Source: an uncultured Acidobacteriota bacterium (GTDB lineage: Bacteria > Acidobacteriota > Thermoanaerobaculia > Multivoradales > JAHEKO01). Taken from it: a stretch of 64,000 nt of DNA. The translations under genes were made by a program, and so were the position numbers. Location of the stretch: positions 1 through 64,000 of the forward strand of contig CAVQNG010000003.1 in the NCBI GenBank assembly GCA_963713825.1, written 5' to 3'. Position 1 is the stretch's first letter. Each line of letters opens with the position of its first letter. The notes under the pieces were generated by a model. It worked only from the letters and a program-made list of their open reading frames with translations. It had not been told where the DNA came from and did not search any database. Shown here piece after piece: positions 25,768 through 36,900 of the stretch.

Positions 25768-26835
25768 ATGGTCCGAACAGCCCTGATCGTCATTCTCCTC
25801 TTGACACCCCTGACCCAGGTGATGCCTCTCTGGGCACAGGGGCAGGAATCGCCTCCTCCAGAGGACGTCGAGCGGATCATCGAAGAGATTCTCCGGCTCC
25901 GCGGCGAGGCAGACGAGCTTCTCAAAGCGCTGTCACCCGAACTGAGAGATGAGGTCGAGCGTCGGTGGGAGGAGTTGCAAGCAGCTCCTCCAGAAGACCT
26001 TGGCGAAGGAGCGTCTGACCCTGTCTCCTCTATCGCGGACTCGCCGGAGCCAGACGACACGGCTCCAGTGCCGGAACCCGAGCTCGAGCCAGAGGCCGAG
26101 GACCAATCCCCTGCTGTCTCAGAAGTGGTGTCTGAACCGGAACCGGAACCAGCGAAAGAATGTGACAGCCTGGGCCCCCTCGATACCAATGGCGATGGAG
26201 TCATCTCTGCCACTGACCGCAACTGGCGCTACTTGCGCCTCCGCGCGGACATGGGGGGTCGGAGCACCAACATGGTCGAGCTCGAGTCTCTCTACGATCT
26301 GGACATTCGGGAGATCGATGTGAATCTCAGGTTCTACAAGCTGTCCGACGGGGCAGCCGGGGACATCTTCATCGATGACCGTATCCGCTTCGAGCTTCTC
26401 GGCAAGCGCAAGTCCAGCCGGCGAAGCATGATCCTCTTCATCCAGGCGAGCCGTCTGGCTCGAAGTGGGGAACTCCAACTCGTGGATTCCTCCGGCGCCC
26501 TCCTGGCCGGCGACCAACCCCTGGCTCCAGGCGTCGCGCTCCAGACCGCCGAAGGATCAGCGACTGCCCCTCCTCTGCCCCTGACATCGACCGATGTCTC
26601 GTTGGGGATCCGACGTGGGGCCTCCATCCATCGGTCCTGGGGCTTGGGCAGCCGACCACTCTCATGTAGAGGCCCGTCCGGGTGGCTTGCAGGGGGACGG
26701 CGTCGGCTACTCGGACTGCAACGGCCGGGCCGCCACCTGCGCTCTCCGGCGCGCCGGATCTGTCGTGCACTTCGACGGGTCTTACACTGCGCTTGTCGAG
26801 AGCCCCCCTGTCGAACCACCCGAACGAACCTCTAG
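25768..26835 (+). CDS. Secreted hypothetical protein with acidic Pro/Glu linker and EF-hand-like loop
   Basis: Signal peptide, PEPE-rich linker, LDTNGDGVISATD. True end may be near 26584 if there is a 1-nt frameshift near 26557. Confidence 0.6.
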   Translation: MVRTALIVILLLTPLTQVMPLWAQGQESPPPEDVERIIEEILRLRGEADELLKALSPELRDEVERRWEELQAAPPEDLGEGASDPVSSIADSPEPDDTAPVPEPELEPEAEDQSPAVSEVVSEPEPEPAKECDSLGPLDTNGDGVISATDRNWRYLRLRADMGGRSTNMVELESLYDLDIREIDVNLRFYKLSDGAAGDIFIDDRIRFELLGKRKSSRRSMILFIQASRLARSGELQLVDSSGALLAGDQPLAPGVALQTAEGSATAPPLPLTSTDVSLGIRRGASIHRSWGLGSRPLSCRGPSGWLAGGRRRLLGLQRPGRHLRSPARRICRALRRVLHCACREPPCRTTRTNL

Positions 26836-27055
26836 CACCATTGGAGGCAACAGGGTCTTGGGGTCTTGAACCACCGGCAGTAAAGAGGACATGCACTAGG
26901 GGTTCGGCGTGGGGACCTCCAGGGGGTTGGTTGCTGTGGAAGGGAGGATAGCCCCCTGGGGGCCCCGCGTCGGACCCCCTCGACAACGGCCAGATCTACT
27001 CGGCCCCAGCGCCTGCGAACCACCCGAGCGGACCGTCACGAGATCGTTGGCGAGG

Positions 27056-28006
27056 CTACGCTGCGAAGTGCTGACGTGAGAAGGCGAGACGGTTCTCGAG
27101 AGTATCGGTCGAGTCCGCGTGCTCGTCGATCAGTTCGAGGCGGGAACGGAGACCCGTGCTGTTGGCGATCTGGATGGCCAGACCGGGGCGGGCATTGAGC
27201 TCGAGGATCAGGGGACCGTGTTTCTGGTCGAGCACGAGATCTACCCCCAGGTAGCCGAGGCCTGTCATCTCGAAACACTCCGCCGACATCCTCAGAATTC
27301 GATCCCAGTGAGGGATCTCCAGGCCGGCGAGCTGGTTCCCGGTGTCGGGGTGTGACTCCACGACCTCGATACCCTGCACTCCCTGCAGCGTGACGCCTTG
27401 CGACAGATCGATGCCGACCCCGACGGCACCCAAATGCAGGTTGGCTTTGCCGTCCGACAGATGGGTCGGCAGCCGAATCATGGCCATCACTGGATAGCCA
27501 CGATAGACGATCAGCCGAATGTCCGGCACTCCACGGTAGCTGATCTTCTCCAACTCCGCCTCGCTCTGGACGAAGTACTCGACAAGCACCTTGTCCCGCT
27601 GACCGCCCAGGCTGTACAGCCCGCTGAGTGCATTGGAGATATGGTGATTGAGCTCGGCCCAGTCGATAACAGCACCGCTCGACTTGAGGTACAGATCTCC
27701 TTGCTTGCCCGTGATCACCAGGATCCCGTTGCCGCCGCTGCCATGGGCCGGCTTGACAACGAACTGCTGACGATTCTTCAGCACCTCGGGAAGATTTCGA
27801 ATATCGTGCTGTGCAGTGACCACCGCGTAGAGCTCGGGTACCGGCATCCCAGCAGCGATCGCCAACTGCTTGGTGCGCAGCTTGTCGTCCACCAAAGGGT
27901 AAAGACGACGGGGATTCCACATGCGTACGTACTCGGCGTTGCGGCGGTTGATCCCCAGAACGCCCCTTTCCCGCAGACGCCGCGGCAGCTCAAGCATCCT
28001 CGCCAC
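27056..28006 (-). CDS. Alpha-L-glutamate ligase-like ATP-grasp protein
   Basis: GVLGINRRN, VDDKLRTK, FVVKPAHGSGGNGI, GVPDIR, ANLHLGAVGVG, LELNARPGL. Confidence 0.92.
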   Translation of the reverse strand: MARMLELPRRLRERGVLGINRRNAEYVRMWNPRRLYPLVDDKLRTKQLAIAAGMPVPELYAVVTAQHDIRNLPEVLKNRQQFVVKPAHGSGGNGILVITGKQGDLYLKSSGAVIDWAELNHHISNALSGLYSLGGQRDKVLVEYFVQSEAELEKISYRGVPDIRLIVYRGYPVMAMIRLPTHLSDGKANLHLGAVGVGIDLSQGVTLQGVQGIEVVESHPDTGNQLAGLEIPHWDRILRMSAECFEMTGLGYLGVDLVLDQKHGPLILELNARPGLAIQIANSTGLRSRLELIDEHADSTDTLENRLAFSRQHFAA

Positions 28007-29516
28007 CCAGGGCCTTGAATCGGACCAATTCCAGGAGGCGATACCCCGAGTACCGACCCAAAAGAAGGATCAGGGCAAGAATCAGGAGCAGGCTCTCTGG
28101 GAAGACGAACACCATGTACTCCACCTGGTCGAGGCTCATCACCAGATAGGCCAGCGCTGACACAGCCAGGGTTCCAAGACCCTGCTTGATGGCCTCAGCG
28201 GGTCCGACTTCCTCCCAGACGATAGACATCCGCTCGATGGCGATCGTCAAAATGACGAGCGGGAAGAGCGCCACCGACAGCCCGCGCTCCAGCTCCAGTT
28301 GATGGCTCAGGATGCTGACGGCCAGCAGGCAAAGCACCACCAGAACCAGCACTGCTGCCAAGCGGGGTACCAGCAGGAGTCGCAGTCGATCCAGGAGGAA
28401 TCGCAATCCCATACCCAACGCCACAACCAACACGAAGAGAATCAAGCCAGCCACCAGCCTGGTCTCGCGAAAGGCCAACGCGACCAGAATGGGCATGAAC
28501 GTCCCGAAGGTTTTGACGCCGATGACGTTGCGAAGAAGCACCATCATGAAAGCGCCGACCGGCACCAGCAGGAGGATCTGATAGACCGCCTGGATCTGGA
28601 TTGGGAGGCGAAGCAGCGAGAAATCCAGGACTCTGGAATTCCCCGCGTCCGCCCGCTGCTCGGCGAGCTGCAAGGCGTCGACTGTATTGCGCCAGGTCGA
28701 GATCTCGACCTCTGGATTGCTGCCTCCGACGACGTCGATCAGTGGTTTGTCTCCATCCCACCAGATCAGCACATTCTCGGGCAGGCCCTCCTCTCCTGTC
28801 GCCGGATCGAACCATAGCCACGAGTCACCCTCCCAGACTTCCAGGACCGGGCTGAACTGAGCATGCCGCTCGCCCTCTTCCAGCACCAGGCCGTAGGCGG
28901 CCCGGGCCGGAATATCGCCTGCCAAGAGCAGGGAAACCGCGATCTCCACTCGTTGGCCAAGAGAGCGCCCAGAAGCCAGGAACAGCGCCGTATTCTCATC
29001 GGGCTCCGGGTCGTTGAGATGGCGCAGCAACTCAGCCGTGAACGTCGGTACGTCGGCCGATTGCGCACGCACCTGAGCGACGACTGCCTCCGCCGCCGTG
29101 GCATACGGCTCTTCGAGGCGCTCGCTGACTAGACCGATCGGTGCAGGGGCCTCCACCGCGCCTGAGAGCTCGGTCGTAACCACGGCCTGGTAGTAGAAGG
29201 TTTGCCGACCAGCCGCCCTGCGAATGGCCCATTGAGCCTCACGTGTGCCTTCCTCCTCCACGATGGTGAGACCAAAGCCTCGGGAGACGAAGTTCTCGTC
29301 CAGCACAGTAAAACCTGGAGTCGAGGAAAGAACCTGCAGGATCGCCTTGACCGGTCGGGTATGGCCGTCGACCGTGAAACGCGCCTGGACCGTCCAGATG
29401 CTGCGCTCCTTGTCTGGCTGCAGCGGAAAGCCGAGCACCAGCACCTTGTAGAGGATCAGTGACAAGCCTGCGGCAACCAGCACACCGACCGTCAGGTAGA
29501 GAGGGAGCTTTTTCAA
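27990..29516 (-). CDS. Inactive-transglutaminase / 7TM domain protein
   Basis: LRNVIGVKTFGTFMP, VALFPLVILTIAIER, LGRYSGYRLLELVRF; overlaps both neighbours. Confidence 0.9.
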   Translation of the reverse strand: MKKLPLYLTVGVLVAAGLSLILYKVLVLGFPLQPDKERSIWTVQARFTVDGHTRPVKAILQVLSSTPGFTVLDENFVSRGFGLTIVEEEGTREAQWAIRRAAGRQTFYYQAVVTTELSGAVEAPAPIGLVSERLEEPYATAAEAVVAQVRAQSADVPTFTAELLRHLNDPEPDENTALFLASGRSLGQRVEIAVSLLLAGDIPARAAYGLVLEEGERHAQFSPVLEVWEGDSWLWFDPATGEEGLPENVLIWWDGDKPLIDVVGGSNPEVEISTWRNTVDALQLAEQRADAGNSRVLDFSLLRLPIQIQAVYQILLLVPVGAFMMVLLRNVIGVKTFGTFMPILVALAFRETRLVAGLILFVLVVALGMGLRFLLDRLRLLLVPRLAAVLVLVVLCLLAVSILSHQLELERGLSVALFPLVILTIAIERMSIVWEEVGPAEAIKQGLGTLAVSALAYLVMSLDQVEYMVFVFPESLLLILALILLLGRYSGYRLLELVRFKALGGEDA

Positions 29517-30157
29517 TCCTTCTCCTCCACCGGACAGCGGGGTTCCTTGGTCATGGTCAAAGCCGGATCTACCACGGCAAGGCCTTCGAGGGCACTGCGA
29601 CCCAGAAGTACAGGATGGATGAAATCGCTACGATCCACCAGAGTGACCTCGACCTCCTGCAGGTACTCACCCAGACAGATCTCCATCAGCACGACAGAGC
29701 GCTTTTGACTAGGCCCCTTGTGTTCCTTGATATAGGCCGTCCGCACCCGTCGCTTCTTGAAGCGAACACGTCGTCCCGTCTTGTCCTCCTCGACGAGGAA
29801 CTCCACCCATCGCTCCCCATCCTCGCCTCGGAATCGCCGAATCTTGGTGGCGTCGAGTGAAGATGTATCGGCCCCGGTGTCCAATTTTGCCGTCAACTCC
29901 AGACGGCTCTTGCCGACCCGCACATGCTCGATCCAGCCCAGAATCTCCTTCTTCGCGGGCGAAGCGGGCCGGGGTAGGGCCGGAAGAGCGACCAAGCAGA
30001 CGGAAGCCCACAGGAGTAGCCTGCGCGACTTCCACCATCCTCTCTGCCGAGCCCCTCCCTGATGCAAGATTCTCTCCTCGGGTACCGATCGATCGGAGGC
30101 CTCGCGGCTCTCCTCATCGACCATCATTCGGACCGTTCGTGGATCCGACCGATTCAA
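29513..30157 (-). CDS. RimK-associated retropepsin-like ('ATP-dependent zinc') protease
   Basis: LGWIE, AKLDTGADTSS, VTLVDRS, VLLGR. Start uncertain. Confidence 0.85.
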   Translation of the reverse strand: MNRSDPRTVRMMVDEESREASDRSVPEERILHQGGARQRGWWKSRRLLLWASVCLVALPALPRPASPAKKEILGWIEHVRVGKSRLELTAKLDTGADTSSLDATKIRRFRGEDGERWVEFLVEEDKTGRRVRFKKRRVRTAYIKEHKGPSQKRSVVLMEICLGEYLQEVEVTLVDRSDFIHPVLLGRSALEGLAVVDPALTMTKEPRCPVEEKD

Positions 30158-30316
30158 TGCAACACAGAGATTCTAGCCTGGAACCGACCGGCGCCAGCAT
30201 CAGACGAGGGCTGCCGCTGGTGAAGCGCCCTGGCCGGTGGGACTCCGCTCGCGCCTGGGAGATAGAATCCGAACGTCTGCGCCGACCTACCGGGCCTTTC
30301 CAGGGGGAACCAAGCC

Positions 30317-31420
30317 ATGCAACCAACTCGTCGGTTCGTCGTGCTGTGCCTCGTCTGTTTCACATCCTCCTTCTCGGTCCAGGCGGGGGAACCGCCCGCC
30401 TTCGATAGCCCGGTTGCGCAGGCCATCGACCAGCTTCTCTCCGAGCATTTCAGGCAGGATGAGCCCGGAGCCGCCGTCATCGCTGAGCGCGAAGGGGAGA
30501 CTGTCTTCCGAGGAGCTTACGGCCTCGCGAGTATGGAATTGCAGGTGCCGATGGAACCCCAGATGGTCTTCCGGATCGCCTCCCTATCGAAGCAGTTCAC
30601 GGCAACGGCCATTCTGATCCTGGTCGAAAGAGGCGCGGTCTCCCTGGACGACAACATCAAGGAGTACCTTCCCAACTACCCCGGCCATGAGCAGCCAATC
30701 ACGATTCGGCATCTGCTGACCCATACCTCGGGCATCCCGGACACCTACGCAAATCCCAAATGGCAGGATGTCAAGCGGGACGACCTACCTCCAGAAGCGG
30801 TCATCGACCTGTTCAACAACGAGCCGCTCGAGTTCACACCGGGTTCACAGTTCAAGTACGTGAACTCCGGGTACTTCCTGCTCGGGCAGATCATCGAGAC
30901 CGTTTCGGGATTGACCTATGAGCAGTTCCTGAAGGACGTGATCTTCGAGCCGCTCGGTATGGAAGCTACCCAGACGGAGCCGGTGTACCGCATCATCCCG
31001 GGGAGAGTCTCCGGCTACAACTTCGTCGAGGGCGAGTTCATTCGATGCGGCTTCCTGAACATGGACCACATCCAGGGGCCGGGGAATCTGAGATCTACCG
31101 TCGATGACCTGGCTAAGTGGGATGCCGCTCTCTACACCGAGGGTCTACTGCCAGCGGCCGCCCTCGAACAATTGTGGACTCCAAACACCCTAGCCAACGG
31201 AGAGTCGACGAGCTACGGCTTCGGTATGGGCATCGGCGAACTCGAAGGCCACCTCATGGTCGCCCACCGGGGAAACATCAACGGCTTCGATGCCTACGGC
31301 TTGCGCCTTCCCGAATCCCGCATCTATGTCGCCTTTCTCATGAACCACGGCAACCCGGAAGTCGGATCCGGTGATCTGGCCAAGAAGGTTGCCAGAATAA
31401 TCTTGGCAGACGGGCCCTGA
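30317..31420 (+). CDS. Serine hydrolase, beta-lactamase class C / PBP family
   Basis: Signal peptide, FRIASLSK (SxxK), LLTHTSG, YVN (YxN), HRG. Confidence 0.92.
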   Translation: MQPTRRFVVLCLVCFTSSFSVQAGEPPAFDSPVAQAIDQLLSEHFRQDEPGAAVIAEREGETVFRGAYGLASMELQVPMEPQMVFRIASLSKQFTATAILILVERGAVSLDDNIKEYLPNYPGHEQPITIRHLLTHTSGIPDTYANPKWQDVKRDDLPPEAVIDLFNNEPLEFTPGSQFKYVNSGYFLLGQIIETVSGLTYEQFLKDVIFEPLGMEATQTEPVYRIIPGRVSGYNFVEGEFIRCGFLNMDHIQGPGNLRSTVDDLAKWDAALYTEGLLPAAALEQLWTPNTLANGESTSYGFGMGIGELEGHLMVAHRGNINGFDAYGLRLPESRIYVAFLMNHGNPEVGSGDLAKKVARIILADGP

Positions 31421-31563
31421 TCAGCAAGCAGCTGGCTGCACACCTCAGACCGGCTGAATTCCAAACAAACCGCGTGCTAGGGTGCGTTTGAAGCCCGACC
31501 ACAGAGCCAAGCCTAGAAGGAGGGCCGCCGCCGCGAGCAGCGTGGGACCTCGATGAGGTCCTG

Positions 31564-33930
31564 ATGAAGATCCTGGAGCGACTCGAACTGGGGGTCGGTA
31601 CCGGCTCGAGGATCCGTTTTGAAAGCAGCCCGATGACCGCTTCTCCACCGTCTCCGACAGCATTCGACCGCTGGGCGTTCGTGCTGACGATTCCGCTGCT
31701 CGGCCTGGGTGTCTTCGCCTTCGGTCTGGTGTTGCGGGCCTGGATTTCGGATTGGGGCTTTCGGTCGTTCGCACTCGGTCTCTTCTGCCTTGGCGTCGTG
31801 GCCGCGCTCGGGTTGGCGCTGCTGTCCCGGAACCGATGGTGGCCTGAGATCGAGGCGATGCTCGAGCGTCACGCCGCCCATCTCGACACCTTGTCCACCA
31901 AGAACCTGGGACGGTGGATTGCGCTGGCGGCGGGAGTGGGGCTGTTCGCCGAGCTGACCGTGATCCGCATCCACGCCTCGTTCTTTCAATTCTTCGCCTA
32001 CTACAAGAACTTGACCCTGCTGGCCTGCTTTCTCGGCCTCGGCCTGGGGTATGCCCTCGGGACCAGGAGGGGGGTGGGCACACCGCTCTTCTTGCCGCTC
32101 CTTGCGGTCCAGATCACGTTCCTCTACCTCCTGCGTTCCTTCACCCTGGCGCCCATTCTCCAGAATCCGGTGATGGAGCAGCTCACCATGGGCTACGCGC
32201 AGCTCGGGGAGTGGGTGGACGTCGTGGTTGTCTACGGCTTCTTGCTGTTCATCTTTCCCGCCACGGCCCTCACCTTCGTGCCACTCGGCCAGTTGGCCTC
32301 ACGGTTGATGGCGCGGCAGGAGAAACTGCCGGCCTATGGGGCCAACCTCCTGGGAAGCCTGGCCGGCATCCTCGCGTTCCATGCTCTGGCGGCGCTTTGG
32401 ACTCCGCCGGCCGTGTGGCTCAGCATGGTCGCTCTCGGGGTCCTGCCGTTTCTTCGTCAGAGACGAGCTCTTCTGAGCAGTGGTTTGGTGACAGTCGGAT
32501 TGGTGGCGGTGCTCAGCTGGTCTCCCAACCCCCACCACATCGATGTCTACTCGCCCTACCAGATCCTGACACTCTCCGAGGAGAGCGACGGACCACCGAT
32601 CGTCCGGGTCAACAACGTCTTCTTCCAATCGATGCTCGCCCTAGGGGAGGACGACGGCGCGGGGCGGGGCCTGCACTATGGTCTTCCGTACAGGTTCAAG
32701 GCCACCCCTAGACGGGTATTGATCGTCGGCGCCGGCACCGGCAACGACGTTGCCGCCGCACTTCGGCACGGGGCGGCTCGGGTGGACGCCGTGGAGATCG
32801 ACCCGGCCATCCTCGACTTTGGCCGCGCTCTGCACCCGGAAGAGCCCTACAGCGACCCGCGGGTTCGGGCCGTGGTCGATGATGCTCGCTCGTTCATCCG
32901 GTATTCGAAAGATCGGTACGATCTCATTGTCTATGGACTCTTGGACTCCCACACCCTGTTGGCTGGACTTTCAGGAGTACGGCTCGACAGCTATGTCTAC
33001 ACGGTCGAGGCCTTCAGGGAGGCCCGGGAGCGCCTCTCCCCTCGCGGCATTCTGAGTGTCAGCTTCCTGGTGCTCCGCCCCGAGCTGGCGCTCAAAATCT
33101 ACTTGATGATGGAAGAGGCCTTCGACGGCGAGCCGCCTCTGGTCCTGGCCGGACGCGATACCCAGATGACCTTCCTCAGCGGCGAGGGCGTCGACTGGGA
33201 AGAGGCCAGCGTTCCACCCGAATTCAAGCGTCTCGTCGCCGACAATTGGCGCAACGTGATGGCGGATCCTTCCACCGACGACTGGCCGTTTCTCTATATG
33301 CCGGTGCGACGCTATCCTCAGACCTACTTGGCACTGGTCCTTCTCCTATTGGCGATTTCTGGGCTCCTGGTGACCTCTCTGATGGGTACCGAAGGGATCG
33401 ACCTCGCGACGGGAAGAGGCTTCTCCTTGCCCTGCTTTTTTCTCGGCGCTGGTTTTATGCTGGTCGAAACCAAGGCGATTACCGAGCTGGCGTTGGCCTT
33501 CGGCTCGACCTGGCAAGTCGTCGGGTTCACGATCGCGGCGATTCTGGTTCTGGCCTTCCTGGCCAATGTTCTGGTCATGCGAGTCGGCGCCCCTCCCGCG
33601 GGCTTCACCTACATGGCCCTTGGAGGAGCGGTACTCCTGGGGCTGGTGCTGTCTCCGAGGATCCTTGGAGCGGTATCTCCGCAAGTCGATGGATTGTTGA
33701 TAACCGGACTACTGACCCTGCCGCTGTTCTTCTCGGGACTCGCTTTCTCGAGTGAGCTCGAGAGGACCCCCTCGGTGGGTGTGGCGATGGCCTCGAATCT
33801 GCTGGGGGCGATGCTCGGAGGGTTCCTCGAGTACAACTCGATGTACTTCGGCTTCCGCTCACTCTACGTGCTGGCACTCGGGCTCTATGCTCTGGCATTC
33901 CTGACCACCAGGCGCAACCGAGCTGTGTGA
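31564..33930 (+). CDS. Polytopic membrane protein with central spermidine-synthase-like SAM-binding domain
   Basis: VLIVGAGTGNDV, AVEIDP, DDARSF, STDDWPFLY, FFLGAGFMLVE, NLLGAMLGG. Confidence 0.85.
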   Translation: MKILERLELGVGTGSRIRFESSPMTASPPSPTAFDRWAFVLTIPLLGLGVFAFGLVLRAWISDWGFRSFALGLFCLGVVAALGLALLSRNRWWPEIEAMLERHAAHLDTLSTKNLGRWIALAAGVGLFAELTVIRIHASFFQFFAYYKNLTLLACFLGLGLGYALGTRRGVGTPLFLPLLAVQITFLYLLRSFTLAPILQNPVMEQLTMGYAQLGEWVDVVVVYGFLLFIFPATALTFVPLGQLASRLMARQEKLPAYGANLLGSLAGILAFHALAALWTPPAVWLSMVALGVLPFLRQRRALLSSGLVTVGLVAVLSWSPNPHHIDVYSPYQILTLSEESDGPPIVRVNNVFFQSMLALGEDDGAGRGLHYGLPYRFKATPRRVLIVGAGTGNDVAAALRHGAARVDAVEIDPAILDFGRALHPEEPYSDPRVRAVVDDARSFIRYSKDRYDLIVYGLLDSHTLLAGLSGVRLDSYVYTVEAFREARERLSPRGILSVSFLVLRPELALKIYLMMEEAFDGEPPLVLAGRDTQMTFLSGEGVDWEEASVPPEFKRLVADNWRNVMADPSTDDWPFLYMPVRRYPQTYLALVLLLLAISGLLVTSLMGTEGIDLATGRGFSLPCFFLGAGFMLVETKAITELALAFGSTWQVVGFTIAAILVLAFLANVLVMRVGAPPAGFTYMALGGAVLLGLVLSPRILGAVSPQVDGLLITGLLTLPLFFSGLAFSSELERTPSVGVAMASNLLGAMLGGFLEYNSMYFGFRSLYVLALGLYALAFLTTRRNRAV

Positions 33931-33973
33931 TCGCCCGGGCGGCAGGTGGCTTCCATGTGCCGCAAGAAACTGA

Positions 33974-36900
33974 TCAGACCTCATCGCTCTCGACTGCCCC
34001 GCCCAGCCATTGATATAGGACCGGCAAAACCAGCAACGTCAACAGGGTCGACGTAACGACTCCAGCCACCACAACAACGGCCAGAGGGCGCTGCACTTCG
34101 GAGCCAACTCCTGTGGCCCAGACGAGGGGAATCAATCCCAGGGCGGTCGTGGCAGCTGTCATGAGGACCGGGCGCAGGCGCAGATCGCCACCAATCAGGA
34201 TGGCCTCGCGCCGGGTCTCGCCTTCGCTCTCGAGTTTTCGGAAGAACTCGATCATCACTAGCCCGTTGAGAATGGCAATGCCGAACAGAGCGATGAATCC
34301 CACCGAGGCAGAGACCGAGAGATAGAGGCCCGAGACTTTCAGGGCGATGACCCCGCCGACCATTGCCAGGGGAATGTTGACGAGAATGAGGAGGACGGGG
34401 CGCACGGATCGGAAGTTGATGTACAGCAGAACGAAGATGAGTACCAGAGCCAGAGGTACCATGACTCGCAGTCGTGCCATGGCTCTTTGTTGCTGCTCGA
34501 ACTGACCTCCCCAAGTGGTGAAGTAGCCCGTCGGCAGATCCAACTCCTGGGCGAGCCTTTCGCGAGCCTCTGCCACGAAGCCACCGATGTCCCGGCCGAC
34601 GACGTTGAGCTCCGCCACGACTCGGCGCTTCCCTTCCTCACGCGAGATCTGAGCCGGTCCTTCGGTCATCTCGATGGTCGAGACCTCGCTCAGGAGGACG
34701 GTTTCGCCAGTCGGGGTCGAGAGAGGCAATCGACGCAAATTCTCGACCCTGGCGGTGTACTCCCGTGGCAGACGCACCGTGACATCGGTTCGGCGATCTC
34801 CTTCCGGAACCGTGGTCACCACCTGCCCACCCATGGCCGTCTCGATGAGGCTTCGCACACGGGCCACGCTGATACCGAGGCTGGAGAGCTGTCGGCGATG
34901 CATCTGGATCTCGAGATAGCCAAGCCCCTCGACCGCCTCCACCTTGACATCGACGGCCCCTTCTACCTTCTTGAGAATGCGCGAAGCGTCTTCACCCAGC
35001 TCAGCCAGTGTGTTGAGATCCTCACCGAAGATCTTGACCGCGATCTGGGACTTGACGCCGGAGATCAGCTCGTCGACTCGCATCTGAATGGGCTGCGTAT
35101 AGCCGAACTCGACGCCCGGAACCGAAGCCATTTTGTCGCGCAGGGCTGCCACTAGACCATCCTTGGTCGGCGCCGTCGTCCACTCACTGCGCGGTCTGAG
35201 GAGCACATAGATGTCGCTCTCACCAACCCCCATGGGATCTGAGGAGATGTCGGACCGACCCGTGCGGCTGACCACATGGATCACTTCGGGTACTTCGAGA
35301 ATTGCCTTCTCGATTGTCGTTACCGTGTCGATAGCCTGATTCAACGACACCGCCGGCAACTGAAAGGGCTGCACGACGATCGACCCCTCATCCATCGAAG
35401 GTAGGAATTCGGTGCCGAGGGTGGGAGCCAGGGCCGCCGCGACGACCACCAAGCCTATGGCCACCCCAATCACCACCCATGGATGATCCAGAGCCCACCG
35501 CAGCTGTGGCCGGTAGAGGCGCCTGACGATTTCGGCTGGATGGAACCGATGGGTCTGGCTCGGCCCGGAAGTGGATTTCAGCAGAATGGAGGCCAGCGCC
35601 GGTATCAGGGTGGCAGACAGCACCAGAGAGCAGCCGAGAGCGATGACGATCGTGTAGGCCAGGGGCGCGAACATCTTGCCCTCGATTCCCTGCAAGGTCG
35701 CGATCGGCAGGAATACGACGATGATCACCGCCACGCCGAAGATGATCGGCCGCAATACTTCGGCCGCCGAACGACGAACCTGCTCGATTCCGCTGACGTC
35801 CTGAGTCGAGCCACTCATCAGGCGCGCTGTGTTCTCTACCAGGACAATCGCACCATCCCCCAGCATGCCGATAGCGATGGCCAGGCCCGAAAGAGTCATG
35901 AGATTCGAGGAGAGACCCACCACATCCATGACGAGGAATGTAGCCAGGGCTGCCATCGGCAGCTGGATGGCAACCAGCGCCGCCGATCGAGGGCTCCCCA
36001 TGAAGAACACAAGAACAAGGAGCACCAGAAGAGCTCCCTGGATAAGTGCCTTGCGCACGGTTCCCAGAGCGGTGCTGACAAGCTCGCTGCGGTCGTAGAA
36101 GGGCACGATCTCGACCTCTTCGGGCAGGCTCAGCTTCGCGACCTCCAGCTTCTCCTTGATCGAAGCCACCACATCGCGACCCGAGGCTCCGCGCAGCATC
36201 AAAACGATTCCAGCGACCGCTTCCCCTTGGCCATCCTTCGTGATCGCTCCCTGGCGCAGCTCGGGGCCGATCTGAACCTCGGCAACCTGTCGAAGGAGCA
36301 CCGGAACGCGATTGCGGTAGGCCACCACGGTGCTCTCGAGATCACCGATGTTGCGAACCCAGCCGTCGCCTCGCACCACGTACTGCTCGCCTGATCGCTC
36401 AATGTAAGCCCCGCCCGCCACGCCGTTGTTTGCCGCCACCGCTTCCGACAGCTCGCTGATGTCGATTTCGTAGCGCCTCAAGGCCGCTGGATCCGCAACC
36501 ACCTGGAACTGCCTGACGAAGCCGCCGAAGGAGTCCACTCCAGCGATACCAGAAGCCGTCCGCAGGATCGGGCGGATCACCCAGTCTTGCAGCGTTCGCA
36601 GCTCCATCAGGTCGTGGTTCGGGCTTTCCAAGGTGTACTGAAAAACCTCCCCGAGGCCTGTCGAGATAGGGCCCAGATTCGACTCCGCGCCCTCCGGCAG
36701 CTGATCTCGTGCCGACAGCATCCGCTCCATGACCAGCTGACGGGCGAAGTAGATGTCGGTTCCGTCCTCGAAGACGACCGTGACCATGGAGAGTCCGAAC
36801 TTCGAGAGCGATCGGACTTGGGTCGAATGCGGCAGGCCTGAACAGGCCTGCTCGATGGGGTAGGTGACCAGCTGCTCGATCTCGATAGGAGACAGCGTCG

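Noticed and set aside
26905-26970. GC-rich imperfect hairpin between convergent genes considered as a riboswitch or ncRNA
   Set aside because: No recognisable aptamer motif and no downstream gene in a leader position; may be a terminator-like structure.
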